A stretch of 64,000 nt of DNA from a virus, in the IMG/VR virus record IMGVR_UViG_3300049929_000026, positions 73,619 to 137,618 of that record; one strand, written 5' to 3'. The position numbers were made by a program, and so were the translations under genes. The notes under the pieces were generated by a model. That model made no database searches. It saw only the letters and a list, made by a program, of their open reading frames with translations, and had not been told where the DNA came from. Below are positions 18,751 through 28,536 of this stretch, piece by piece. The stretch's first letter is position 1, and every line of letters begins with the position of its first letter.

Positions 18751-19032
18751 TCAAAACGCCACCGGTACCACTAGTGTCCGCTTTAGCGGCAAATACTGGA
18801 TGTGCTCGTCGTTGCTCAGTCCCGTAAAAGTCGCAGCCAAAAGGACAGGACCGTCGATATATATCTTACTGACGCAGTCGGCCCACTGAGTTGGCGGAGC
18901 GAGGTTCACGATCCTGATGTTCAGAAAACTGAGTGACGCGCCTGGGCCAAGGAACGAGTACGCCACGCTGGTCACTGCCATCGCAGGGACGAACAGCGCT
19001 CCAAGCCTGAGAAAGTCGCGGCGGGTAGTCAT
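18751..19032 (-). CDS. small protein with twin-arginine (Tat)-like signal
   Basis: MTTRRDFLRLGALFVPAMA; ATGA overlap with upstream gene. Confidence 0.55.
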   Translation of the reverse strand: MTTRRDFLRLGALFVPAMAVTSVAYSFLGPGASLSFLNIRIVNLAPPTQWADCVSKIYIDGPVLLAATFTGLSNDEHIQYLPLKRTLVVPVAF

Positions 19033-19430
19033 TCGTTTTTCCAGTCCAGTTTGGTCCATCGCCAAGTGCCATCCGGCAGCAGCACGCCCTCTGCCCTTGC
19101 GCCTGACGCCGTGACGAACTTCCCGGTCGTGACCGGTACGCCTGGTAGCACGTGGAGCTTCGGTCCGAGTGGCGATCCGTGCTTCACCCAGTCGGCATGC
19201 GCGGCTTCATAGTCGGCTCGCAATGCTCGCATCTCTTCGGCGGAGCGGTCGATGTAGTCGCCATTCTCGTCGCAGTACCAATCCTCCGGAGGCATCGGCT
19301 CTCGTTCGTAGAACTCGCAGAGGGTGTTGCCGCTGTCGGTGTCGATCTCAAACTTCGGCAGGAATGCTTCGCCCGTTTCGGGGTGAGGCTGCTTCGGTAG
19401 GTGCCGATCAATCATGGACTGGATGCTCAT
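19029..19430 (-). CDS. hypothetical protein
   Basis: Coupled stop/start overlaps on both sides. Confidence 0.6.
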   Translation of the reverse strand: MSIQSMIDRHLPKQPHPETGEAFLPKFEIDTDSGNTLCEFYEREPMPPEDWYCDENGDYIDRSAEEMRALRADYEAAHADWVKHGSPLGPKLHVLPGVPVTTGKFVTASGARAEGVLLPDGTWRWTKLDWKNE

Positions 19431-20206
19431 TTTGTCGCCTCGACAGGTATCGATTTCGCCATCCGCATCGCCCTAACAGCCGCATCGGCGTGGCCGGCTG
19501 CCCACTGCCGAAGCGGCTCCTCATCCCATACGAACGTTGCCTGCGTCAGCAATAGGTAGGCGTTGGCGAACGCTGCCGCCCAAACAGCTCGCTCGGTCTC
19601 ACCATCTCGTAGGTCCGGTGTCCCGCGGCGCTCCGCATCTCGAATGGCATCAGCGAGCGCAGCCGTCATCTCGTTTTTGTTGAACCCGTCCCATGCCCGC
19701 ATGAGACATGTCGCGCGCTCGTACCATGTTGGCGAGTTGGGATTGCTCATTCGTTGATCTTCCCGATCCGCACGCCATATTTGCTCCAGTCGAGCTTCAC
19801 GAGTCTCCGCACGCCATCGTGGTTTTCCACGACCGTATAGCCAGGAGGCGGAGTGAGCTCGAACTTGCCGGCTACTAGTTTCGCCGTCCAGCCAGCTACA
19901 CCTGACGCCTGGTCGTATTGTGCCGCGACCTGCGCCTCCGTGATTACGCCAAACTCCGGGCGCATCGTCATTCGGTCCCCGCATCTGGTTCGCGATCGTA
20001 CTTGCTCGGCCCGGGATCGGCGATTGGAACGGCTACTCCCGCGCGATCAAAACCGACCGCGTGACGAACTTCGGCGAGCCGCTCTTCAACGCTCACCTGC
20101 CACTCTTCGAATGCCTGAAGTGCGTCATCCACCTCGACCCTATAGAAGTCCATTTGGTTGGCTTTCGCTCGTTCGCTAGCCAGCCGGTGGGCTCGTTCGC
20201 TGATTT

Positions 20207-21127
20207 TCACGGCTCATCCTCTCCACTGCACTCCCAGGGGTGCGCCCTCGCCAGCTCTCGACTCGAAGCTGTGCTTCTCGGCCTCTCCCTCGCGTCAGCG
20301 CGGAGCATGCGGGCGCGGGCTTCGGCTTGTCCGCGCTGATTGTCGGTAAGGCGTCGAACATCGTCCTCGCTCAGCCCGTATTCACGGTGCGCACAGTAGG
20401 CGCAGCAGTCGAGCGGGCCAGGAGCCGTTGGGCTTGAGCAATCTCGGCAGGTCGGCGAATCAAGCCGCGCTTCCTTCAAAAGGCCACCGACAACACCGGC
20501 TAGCGTCGACCCTTCGCCCCACGCCTTGTCCGCGTCAGCCTGCGTGTGGATTGGTGTGATGTCAGCCCCTTCCTGGATCGGCACGGTGCTCCAGTCGATA
20601 TCGGAAGCGAACGTGACCTGCACATAACCGGCACGGTCGCTCCACCACTCACCCAGATACACTGGGCGCCCATCAATCGTTCTTGACAGCACGGCCTGGT
20701 GATTCAATGCACAATAGCCAGCTGCCATGACTCCCGCCGGCAGCGTCTCCGGCAACACCGCAGGCTGGGATCCATAGAACTTAGGGCTACGCGCAACGGT
20801 CGGAGCGGCGTTCGACTTGATCACCGCTGCGACGTTGCATGCAATCGCTCCCGGAGAATCGCCCGCGCAGATTGCGACTCGAATTTTTGATCCCGATGGT
20901 GTAAGCGGCGTGTCAATCCAGCCGAATCGGTTTCCTCGGTGTTGTGCCTCATGATGACCATCGTGCCCTGTGCTACGGCAACAGCGCTCGCCATCTAGCG
21001 TGCTCCGGCAGCCAGCAATGGCCTCGCCATCGCCGATGCGCAGCTCTTTGTTGACGTCGGACGTATCCATTGCCTCGATACGGCGCCCGCCAACGTAGAG
21101 CTCGAAGTTTCTTGGGTTGATGCTCAT
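20207..21127 (-). CDS. Cys/His-rich hypothetical protein (paralog of 22488..23648)
   Basis: Shares two blocks with 22488..23648. Confidence 0.65.
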   Translation of the reverse strand: MSINPRNFELYVGGRRIEAMDTSDVNKELRIGDGEAIAGCRSTLDGERCCRSTGHDGHHEAQHRGNRFGWIDTPLTPSGSKIRVAICAGDSPGAIACNVAAVIKSNAAPTVARSPKFYGSQPAVLPETLPAGVMAAGYCALNHQAVLSRTIDGRPVYLGEWWSDRAGYVQVTFASDIDWSTVPIQEGADITPIHTQADADKAWGEGSTLAGVVGGLLKEARLDSPTCRDCSSPTAPGPLDCCAYCAHREYGLSEDDVRRLTDNQRGQAEARARMLRADARERPRSTASSRELARAHPWECSGEDEP

Positions 21128-22128
21128 CGAAGACTCCTAGGTATGCGCACGCCGTACGCCGAGTAAATGATCTTCATCGTGTCAGTTATGCTACGACATG
21201 CAGGCCTGTCCGCGAGGCCCGCACACCGCACAAGATGCCGCCGTAATTCTTTACGCCAGCGAGCTCCGCCCTTCTTCTGCCGGCGTGTATGGCGCGACAG
21301 CTGGTCTAACAGCTTTTGCATTGCCCCCATGTCTTCTGCGGTGAATTGAACGGGGACCGTGAAGGTGATTGGCTTCGCCGAAAGAATCCCGTACTTCCCG
21401 AGCGGCTTTAGGCCTTCAGTTCCGATTTGGAAATTCGCGGCCGGAATGCGCTCGCCGTTGAAGTAGAGCGCCATGTCGCCCGGTTGATAGATGCTCATCG
21501 TCGGGTCTCGTTGACTTGGATGCCTATCTGATGTCGCAGCTTTAGCCATCCGGCTGGCGGCCTAAGTACCCAATCAGCGCCGTCGATCTCCACGTCCCAA
21601 CCGGGCGGCGGCATGATGCGCATCTGGTTTTGGACCAACTGCACCGCCCATCCTGCGACACCGGTCCGGCGAACAAGGAAAGCCTCAACCAGTGACGGGT
21701 AAGCGAAGCCCGCTGGGGGCGCTGCGGCGCCAGGCTTGGGATTTTCGCAGACGCGCGGGTGATTGCGTTCAAAGTCCCCGAAGATGCTCGCCATGCTTGT
21801 GCGGATCAATTCTTCGCGCTCGGCGCGCTCTGCGATTTCTCCGTCGGCTAAGCCGCCGCTTTTCCCGCATGCCGCATCGAGCAAGTCACCTATGGTCTTC
21901 ATGCGCACGTCTCCAGCACGATTCGGATCGTTCCAGGCGGGACGTCCGTCGCACGTCGGGTTACGATCTCATGCGCGACGCAGATTGGAAGGCCGTCATG
22001 CACAGCGGTTTCGATCATGTAGGCGACGTGTGCAGCGGAACCGCCGGTGTCGTAGTAGGGACTGCGCTGAATTGGACGAGCCGTCCGCCAGAGTGTGAAG
22101 CGGTGCCATTGCTTTCGCAGCCAGCGAA

Positions 22129-22491
22129 TCACGTGGCCTCCGAGGCGGTGAGTTGCGCAGCCGCCAAGCGCTGGCGCCGGCTGCTGTCTCCGCCGTTGTC
22201 AGGCCGCGCCGCAGCGACCTGCCTGAGCATACTGCCTCGCTCCTCGTCACTGGCGGCCTTCACAAGCCGGCAGTGCGTGGCTTTCGCTGTCGTCTCTGGC
22301 CATCCTGCGGGCAGGACGTCGTTCCCCCGCTGGTCGCAAGCCAGCATCTCTCCCGATGGTGCATGTAGGATGTGATCACCTGCGCGGAAGGTCTGAAACA
22401 GGGCTGCGGCTTCGCAGTTTCGGAGGTCCTCTAAGGCGCTCTCTAGCCGGTGCTCAAGTAGTTCACGGTCAGTGAGTGGCTCGATGCTCAT
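22129..22491 (-). CDS. hypothetical protein
   Basis: Start MSIEPL overlapping the upstream stop. Confidence 0.5.
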   Translation of the reverse strand: MSIEPLTDRELLEHRLESALEDLRNCEAAALFQTFRAGDHILHAPSGEMLACDQRGNDVLPAGWPETTAKATHCRLVKAASDEERGSMLRQVAAARPDNGGDSSRRQRLAAAQLTASEAT

Positions 22492-23648
22492 GAATCGGCT
22501 CCAGGTACAGACCACGCTTCCCACGGATGGGGGAGCGCCGCTTCGCGAGACGACTTCGTTGCTCTTGGCTTCTCGGCTGCCAGCGCTGCCTCATTGCGGG
22601 CGCGGGCTGCAACCTGTCCCGGCTTCTCGTCTGTTCGCTGGCGCGCCATCTCGTCGATATTCTCATCCTCTCCGTCTCGATTGAAGCAGTAGGCGCACCA
22701 TGCCGATTTTGTCGCTGGGCTACTACAGCCACGGCAGGGCACTCCCTTCGTCGGCTTGTCCTCAACCTTGGTGACCGTGAAGCCGATCTCTCCACTGCCG
22801 GCTGGTCGAAGTACCCGCACGAACGCAGCGCCGCGAAAGAATGCTTCCCTGTATGGATTAGAGAACGTTTTGCCGAATTGAGCGACGAGTTCGTCATAGC
22901 TGTAGAACGTCAGGATGTCCGCTGCCTGCGTGGTGCGCACACCTTGCGCCGAATAGTCTGGCAGGCTTGGCAGCGCGGGTAGAGCCAGCGCCATCGGTGG
23001 ATATCGGGGCGACACGGGAACAGGGATGCCTCCCAGGGTAATTCGATCGGCGAGATATTCCCTCGAGGGGACGTCGCTCGGTTTGACAGCAACGCCCATC
23101 AGTCTCGCGCCCTCAGCAGGTGCCGCGCCGATTTGCTTGGACAACGGCGGAACGGCATCCAGGTCTGGGCGAACGGCGCGAATGCACGCAGCGAAGCTGT
23201 CCGCGATCGTTTTCGGCGTGTCGCCCGCGCGGATCGCAACCATGATCTGACTCCCACTCGGGGTGCGAGTGTCGCTCCAGCCGAGCCGATTGCCTGTCGA
23301 TTGGGACTCGTGCTGGCCAGCGTGGCCGGCGTCGTGACAGCACAGCGACCCGTCGTCATGCCGACTCGGACAGGCGCGCTGCTTCGCACTCGGGACCAGC
23401 ACAGTACCCCAGTCCACGCTTTCGGCATCAGCTCCCCATGTGTGCGCTGGAGTGTGCGCTCCTGGAGCCCCTGACTCCGTTGTACAGTTCAGGATGTCGA
23501 ACGTCGCAACGTGATCATAGCGGCCCTGCCCCGTTGCGTGGGCGCGCGCCGGCTCAAGCAGCCTATAGCGGCCCCTGTACATGCTCCCAGCCGGCAGCAC
23601 GCCAGGGAGAACCTTGGGGCGCGTTCCGTAAAATCTTTCTTGGGCCAT
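22488..23648 (-). CDS. Cys/His-rich hypothetical protein (paralog of 20207..21127)
   Basis: AAGGA RBS; shared CC-xx-GH-xG-xH-E, TPSGS and C-terminal CxxC...HPWE blocks. Confidence 0.65.
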   Translation of the reverse strand: MAQERFYGTRPKVLPGVLPAGSMYRGRYRLLEPARAHATGQGRYDHVATFDILNCTTESGAPGAHTPAHTWGADAESVDWGTVLVPSAKQRACPSRHDDGSLCCHDAGHAGQHESQSTGNRLGWSDTRTPSGSQIMVAIRAGDTPKTIADSFAACIRAVRPDLDAVPPLSKQIGAAPAEGARLMGVAVKPSDVPSREYLADRITLGGIPVPVSPRYPPMALALPALPSLPDYSAQGVRTTQAADILTFYSYDELVAQFGKTFSNPYREAFFRGAAFVRVLRPAGSGEIGFTVTKVEDKPTKGVPCRGCSSPATKSAWCAYCFNRDGEDENIDEMARQRTDEKPGQVAARARNEAALAAEKPRATKSSREAALPHPWEAWSVPGADS

Positions 23649-24055
23649 GTTCTATTCCTTCTTGCTCCACAGCGCGTCACTGGTCTTGGATGCTTCGACG
23701 CGAATATGGCAGCCGTTGGAGCAGACGGCGGACATATTCGGCATTCCAGCCGTGAACCCGACGGCTCCGCTGGTTAGCCATTTTATGTTGATGTCGTCCA
23801 TTTGGTTCAACTTTCTTTTGTTTCAGGGGAGAGGTTCGCCTGCAATCGTCTCGTCTGTGTAGGTGAAGCGCTGCCCACAAGAGACGCAGCGGTCATCACG
23901 AGTGAGCCACATCGTCTTCTGGTCTCGGCGCACCAGCAGCAGCCCATCGGGACAGGCCGGGCACCGCGCCTTATAGGCGCTTTCCGATGACCACTTGCTG
24001 AGCGAGGCGTGAGAGACCCGGATCGGTTCTCGGTCGATGTTGGTTGGGAGCGGCA

Positions 24056-25498
24056 TCAGAATAGACTCCTCTGCGCCGGCTCGTCGCCGGTCAAGCGCGC
24101 TGGGTCGGCGTCCGTCGATGTCGGCCGATAGCCACCGCCAATCACCCAAGCAATGCGTTTGCGCGCAACGCGAACGAATGGCTCGCCCTTTGAGTTATTC
24201 AACTCGATCCCAAAATATCGGAAGCCCTCCAGAACAGCCGCCACGCCACCGCTCCCTGAGCCGCAGAATGGATCAAGCACGATGCCATGCCGTACTGGCG
24301 TGACCAGTCTCGTCAGATAGCGCAACAGGGCCACAGGCTTCGGTGTTGGATGCGGGTTCTTGCCGTCAAGCCCCGCGTTCTTCTCCGCCTTGCTGGCCTT
24401 CGTCTCGAACCGAAAACGAGCTACGTCATCCAATTCAGTCCATTCGGACTGGTGAAAAAACCGCGAAGCCGTGCCGGAGTCTCCGTAGGTTGCGCTTGTG
24501 ATGGTCCGCGGAAAGGCGCCCCCGTAGCCGCCATCGGTCGAACGCTCCGTCCCCGCGGGCATCAGGACTGATGCCCGGTCGCCGCTCTGCATGTCCAGCT
24601 CACGCACAGGGCACCCGTCCTGACAGTCGTATTCCGCGACGACTTCCTCTGCGTGTCGGACCTGCGACACCGCTGCGCCTGTAAACGCACTGGGCTCCGT
24701 GTCTCGATTCGGCGTGTCCCAAGTTGGATTGGCTTTTACAGTCTTTGTGCCTACGGGTCGACAGCCCGGGGCGTGAGTCAGTAGCGTGTTCGCTGGCCAT
24801 CGGCCACCGGCGTGAACGTCATTCGCTCCGCTCAAATCTGAGCTGTTCTTCCAACTCGCGTCCATGGATCCGCCACGCGCTTTGACAGCTTTCACCTGCG
24901 CCTCATGCGCGGCCAGATCGGCTGGCGATGCATGAGCGATGCGGCTGTCGTCGATGTTCAGGCCACCTGTGCCCCACTTGGCATGGTTCGCCGTCGTGGT
25001 GCCTTCGGGCTTCTTGCGCGCCACGATGATCGGCTCGAAGGAAGGCTTGAGTCCAGTCCCGATCCCGCCGCCAAAATTGCGGCTCTTGGGCATTCCAGAG
25101 GCGTAGTGCCAAGCGAGTCCGTCGCGGATCTCGAATCCGGCGTCTTCGATCGCGCAGCCGATACGGTGTGCTGTTCTCGACCCACCGAACGCAAGCAGGT
25201 ACGCGCCTGGCTTCAATACACGCAACACGGCCGCCCATGTCTCCGGTCGAAATGCGATGTCTCCGCCGTCCCAGACACGCCCCATGAAACCCTTGGAACC
25301 GATGGCGTGCCGGCCAAACGGCGACTCTGGATTGTTCGTGCGCGCGGATCCGCCGCGACTCGCGCTCGTCAGATGATAAGGCGGATCACACACACACGAA
25401 TCGCATGAACTATCTGGAAGAAGCGGGAGCACGTCGAGCATCGATCCATGCTCGATCGCCCAACGTTCCGCACCACTGAGAACCTTTTTCCAGCCCAT
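24056..25498 (-). CDS. amino (N6-A/N4-C) DNA methyltransferase, beta class
   Basis: CDPPY, HPTPKP, LDPFCGSGS. Confidence 0.93.
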   Translation of the reverse strand: MGWKKVLSGAERWAIEHGSMLDVLPLLPDSSCDSCVCDPPYHLTSASRGGSARTNNPESPFGRHAIGSKGFMGRVWDGGDIAFRPETWAAVLRVLKPGAYLLAFGGSRTAHRIGCAIEDAGFEIRDGLAWHYASGMPKSRNFGGGIGTGLKPSFEPIIVARKKPEGTTTANHAKWGTGGLNIDDSRIAHASPADLAAHEAQVKAVKARGGSMDASWKNSSDLSGANDVHAGGRWPANTLLTHAPGCRPVGTKTVKANPTWDTPNRDTEPSAFTGAAVSQVRHAEEVVAEYDCQDGCPVRELDMQSGDRASVLMPAGTERSTDGGYGGAFPRTITSATYGDSGTASRFFHQSEWTELDDVARFRFETKASKAEKNAGLDGKNPHPTPKPVALLRYLTRLVTPVRHGIVLDPFCGSGSGGVAAVLEGFRYFGIELNNSKGEPFVRVARKRIAWVIGGGYRPTSTDADPARLTGDEPAQRSLF

Positions 25499-26433
25499 CA
25501 GCCTACCGCCTTCTCAGCGGTCACTTGACCACTATGCAGCCCTAGTTCCTCATCAAGCCAGCGTAAGAAGTCTCGCGGTGTCCGCTCCAGCGCGACCTTC
25601 CGCACCTCGCCAAGAATCTGCAGCCGGTACTCCGCGCGCTCGGACTGCAGCCGAGTGGCGCGCGTCACCTGGGCGTCGGGGGCGGGTACGTTCTGGCCGG
25701 CTTTGAGCGCCTTGTTGGTTGCAGCTCGGGCACGGTCCCCGGCAAGGCAGGTGTTGCAGCGGCGCCCAGGCTTCCTGTCCTGCTTCCTGCCGCACCATGG
25801 GCAGCAGCCCTCGCTGGTCATCTTGGCCCGGTGGCGAGCCTGCGCCAGCCGGCAGTAAGCGTTCCACGCTAGCCGCCCGGCTTCCTTTTGGTCGTAGGCC
25901 TCGACGTACAGAAACTGGCGCTCGCCAGCCTCGCCTCGGTGCTCCACCGCCGTGCAGCTGAGCACGCTGCCCTTGGCGTCGAGTTCGAGCCGCCACCAGC
26001 GGAGAACCCGGCTCACGTAGACCTGGACAGGCTCAGGGACGACGCGCAGCACCGGCGCTGGCTCCGCGTGCTCTGGCGCGATGGGGTAGGCCTTCAGGTT
26101 CGGGTTCGGCTTTCCGATCCGCTCCAACTTTCGCTTCGCTTTGCAGTCGTCGCATGACGCTGTGTATCCGCGCTTTTCTTTCTCGCGGAGGACAACACCG
26201 AAATCCACGAAGCGTTCGCCGCATGCACAGATGCACCGCCAGCGGGCGTTACCGTCACCGTTCGGCTCTCTGGCTTCAACCATGCAGCCAGCAACGGTGG
26301 TGCCCGACATGTCGACCAGATTGGCGCGCCTGGTGGTAGGGATGGTCTCCGGGTCTTTCTTCACCGTTGGCTTGCCGTGGCAGCCCCCTGGGCACAGGAC
26401 GGAGGCAGGTTCGAAGCCGTGTTCGCATCTCAT
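25498..26433 (-). CDS. Zn-finger-rich protein
   Basis: DMSGTTVAG...RWRCICACG motif of the type seen N-terminal in phage HNH/AP2 proteins; several CxxC. Confidence 0.65.
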   Translation of the reverse strand: MRCEHGFEPASVLCPGGCHGKPTVKKDPETIPTTRRANLVDMSGTTVAGCMVEAREPNGDGNARWRCICACGERFVDFGVVLREKEKRGYTASCDDCKAKRKLERIGKPNPNLKAYPIAPEHAEPAPVLRVVPEPVQVYVSRVLRWWRLELDAKGSVLSCTAVEHRGEAGERQFLYVEAYDQKEAGRLAWNAYCRLAQARHRAKMTSEGCCPWCGRKQDRKPGRRCNTCLAGDRARAATNKALKAGQNVPAPDAQVTRATRLQSERAEYRLQILGEVRKVALERTPRDFLRWLDEELGLHSGQVTAEKAVG

Positions 26434-26870
26434 CGCGCGTTGCCCTTCTCGAGCTTCGCTAGCCGCTTTGCCTCGCGCAGGGCTTTCCCGTTCGCCTTAG
26501 AGCATGGCTTACAACAGAGTACCTGACCTGCGCGCGCCGCTGACATCAGCATCGTGCCGTCGACAATCTGCGGGTGCCCACACGACATCACGCAATGAAA
26601 ACGCGAGTTCGCTGTCGCATCCGCCGCCATCCTGTCAACAGCGCAGCCTGCGACCGTTTTCCCCGCGAGGTCGAGTGTCCGTGACGGTTTCTGAATGCCG
26701 AGCGAAGCATTCGACGTATGGGCGCGTGCGGTCGCTGCGGACTGCTCTGGATTCGCTGATTCGCCCTGGAGAGCTCGGATCGCTTCTGGGTTGCAGAACG
26801 GGCAGGGGGTCGATGCTCCTTCGAGCCTCCAGCCGTGGCGGCAGTTCAGTATTTTCGGCGATGCGCTCAC
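26430..26870 (-). CDS. Zn-finger protein, paralog of the N-terminus of 25498..26433
   Basis: DLAGKTVAGCAV...RFHCVMSCGH; start approximate. Confidence 0.55.
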   Translation of the reverse strand: MSASPKILNCRHGWRLEGASTPCPFCNPEAIRALQGESANPEQSAATARAHTSNASLGIQKPSRTLDLAGKTVAGCAVDRMAADATANSRFHCVMSCGHPQIVDGTMLMSAARAGQVLCCKPCSKANGKALREAKRLAKLEKGNAR

Positions 26871-26914
26871 GGTCGGGAGTCTTTCATGGTGGCTAGGGCG
26901 GTCAACTGACAACT

Positions 26915-27754
26915 TTACAAGGTACGAAATCGATCTTTGACCTCGGCAACGAAGTTGTTGAACTCGCGCGTCGCGGTCAGGTCGGGCTGCCAAGCAAGCC
27001 CTTGCTCAATGAGGTTGTAGGTGGCCTTGATCGTCGCCCCTGGGATGGGCGCCCCACTCGCGTCTCGGTCGCGCCCGAACAGCCACAGCGTGTCCGAGAT
27101 TGCTACCAGGCTAGCGATGTCGTGGGCAACCACGAAGATGGTGTTTCGCTCGTCAAGGTTCGCCACCTGTACGATGAGCTCGCAGACTTTGTCCTTCATC
27201 AGCGGGTCGAGCCCTGTGAACGGCTCGTCCATCACCACGAAGTGCTCGGAGCAGAGCAGCTCCTGGATGATGCTCACGCGCTGTCGCTGCCCGCCGGAAA
27301 GCTGCGCCGGGTAGAGGGCGGCCTTGTCCGTCAGTCCGAAGCGTTCGAGATACTCGCTCACCTTGGCTGGGCGCCCCGCCTTGGGTTGGTGCTCAAGAGC
27401 GACCAGCAGATTGCCGCGCACCGTGCGGTGCTCGAAGAGCGGATAGTTCTGAGCCACCATTCCCACGACGCCGGCGCGCACCGGCTTTTGAACGCGCTTG
27501 CCGCTCTCCTCTACCTCGACGGAAACCGTCCCCGTCGTCGGCTGCTGCAGCCCGCACAGGATCCGGCTGAACAAAGTCTTGCCCACCCCGCTCGGTCCCA
27601 AGATCCCAACGATCTGACCCTGGCAAACGCCGGGGCGCACGATGTCGCGCACTTCGGCCGTAATCGGTTTGAGGATGGTCGTGTCGCCGAGCTTCAGCGA
27701 GACGTTGCTGACGCTGACCAGTACCTCTTTTCGCTCATAGGGTAGAGGGATCAC
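26915..27754 (-). CDS. ABC transporter ATP-binding subunit (TauB/SsuB-like)
   Basis: GPSGVGKT, LSGGQRQR, MDEPFTGLD, VAHD. Confidence 0.95.
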   Translation of the reverse strand: MIPLPYERKEVLVSVSNVSLKLGDTTILKPITAEVRDIVRPGVCQGQIVGILGPSGVGKTLFSRILCGLQQPTTGTVSVEVEESGKRVQKPVRAGVVGMVAQNYPLFEHRTVRGNLLVALEHQPKAGRPAKVSEYLERFGLTDKAALYPAQLSGGQRQRVSIIQELLCSEHFVVMDEPFTGLDPLMKDKVCELIVQVANLDERNTIFVVAHDIASLVAISDTLWLFGRDRDASGAPIPGATIKATYNLIEQGLAWQPDLTATREFNNFVAEVKDRFRTL

Positions 27755-28536
27755 GATCGCTCCAGCGTCAGTCGCGAATATGGGCACACGAATCCCTGCA
27801 GCATAGAGATCGCAGCGTCCTGAAGCGTCCCGACGACGGAGACGACAAGCAGGGCAGCGAACACCGCGTCGAGCTGGAAGTGTTTCCCATAGTCGATCAT
27901 CAGCACGCCGACGCCGCCGCCGGATCGCACGAGCCCCTCGACCATCGTCAACATTGCCCAGCCCATTGCAGCGTTCTGCCGCGTCACCTCGAAAGCATCC
28001 GACGCCCTGCCCAAGATGACGACCTCCCAGACAGCCCGCCAGTCGCCCATGCGCAGCGAGCGTGCCTGATCAAACGCCGACCTCGGGATCGAGGCCACGA
28101 TAGAAGCCATCGACGTAACCTGAAACACGGTCATCCCGAAGGTGAGCAGCGCGATCTTCAGTGGGTCACCGCCACCGAACGCGATGGTGAAGACCACGAT
28201 GAGCCCAGGCAGGCTCAGAAAACGGGCTTTCCCCACGACGACAGCCAGCGGGCGCAGCGCGGCGACGACCGTCAGGTAGGACAACGCGAGCGAGATCAGT
28301 GTCGACAGCAGTAGAGCTTCGAGGTTCACCCGCATGCTATGGAACACGAGCTCATAGAGCAGCCCATCGTCCCGACACAGCCGGGCGAGCGCGGACAAGA
28401 TCTGAAGCGGCGAAGGGAGCAGGATCGCTGAGCCGAGGGTCCAGGCGGCGAGAGCGAATAGCGCCCAGGCTGCCCAGATCATCGTCAGCGCGGTCCCCGT
28501 CACCGATCGATTCGGTCTCAGGGCATCGAGCATCAC
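27751..28536 (-). CDS. ABC transporter permease (TauC/SsuC-like)
   Basis: About 6 TM segments, LLPSP, EAA-like DQARSLRMG loop. Confidence 0.9.
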   Translation of the reverse strand: MMLDALRPNRSVTGTALTMIWAAWALFALAAWTLGSAILLPSPLQILSALARLCRDDGLLYELVFHSMRVNLEALLLSTLISLALSYLTVVAALRPLAVVVGKARFLSLPGLIVVFTIAFGGGDPLKIALLTFGMTVFQVTSMASIVASIPRSAFDQARSLRMGDWRAVWEVVILGRASDAFEVTRQNAAMGWAMLTMVEGLVRSGGGVGVLMIDYGKHFQLDAVFAALLVVSVVGTLQDAAISMLQGFVCPYSRLTLERS

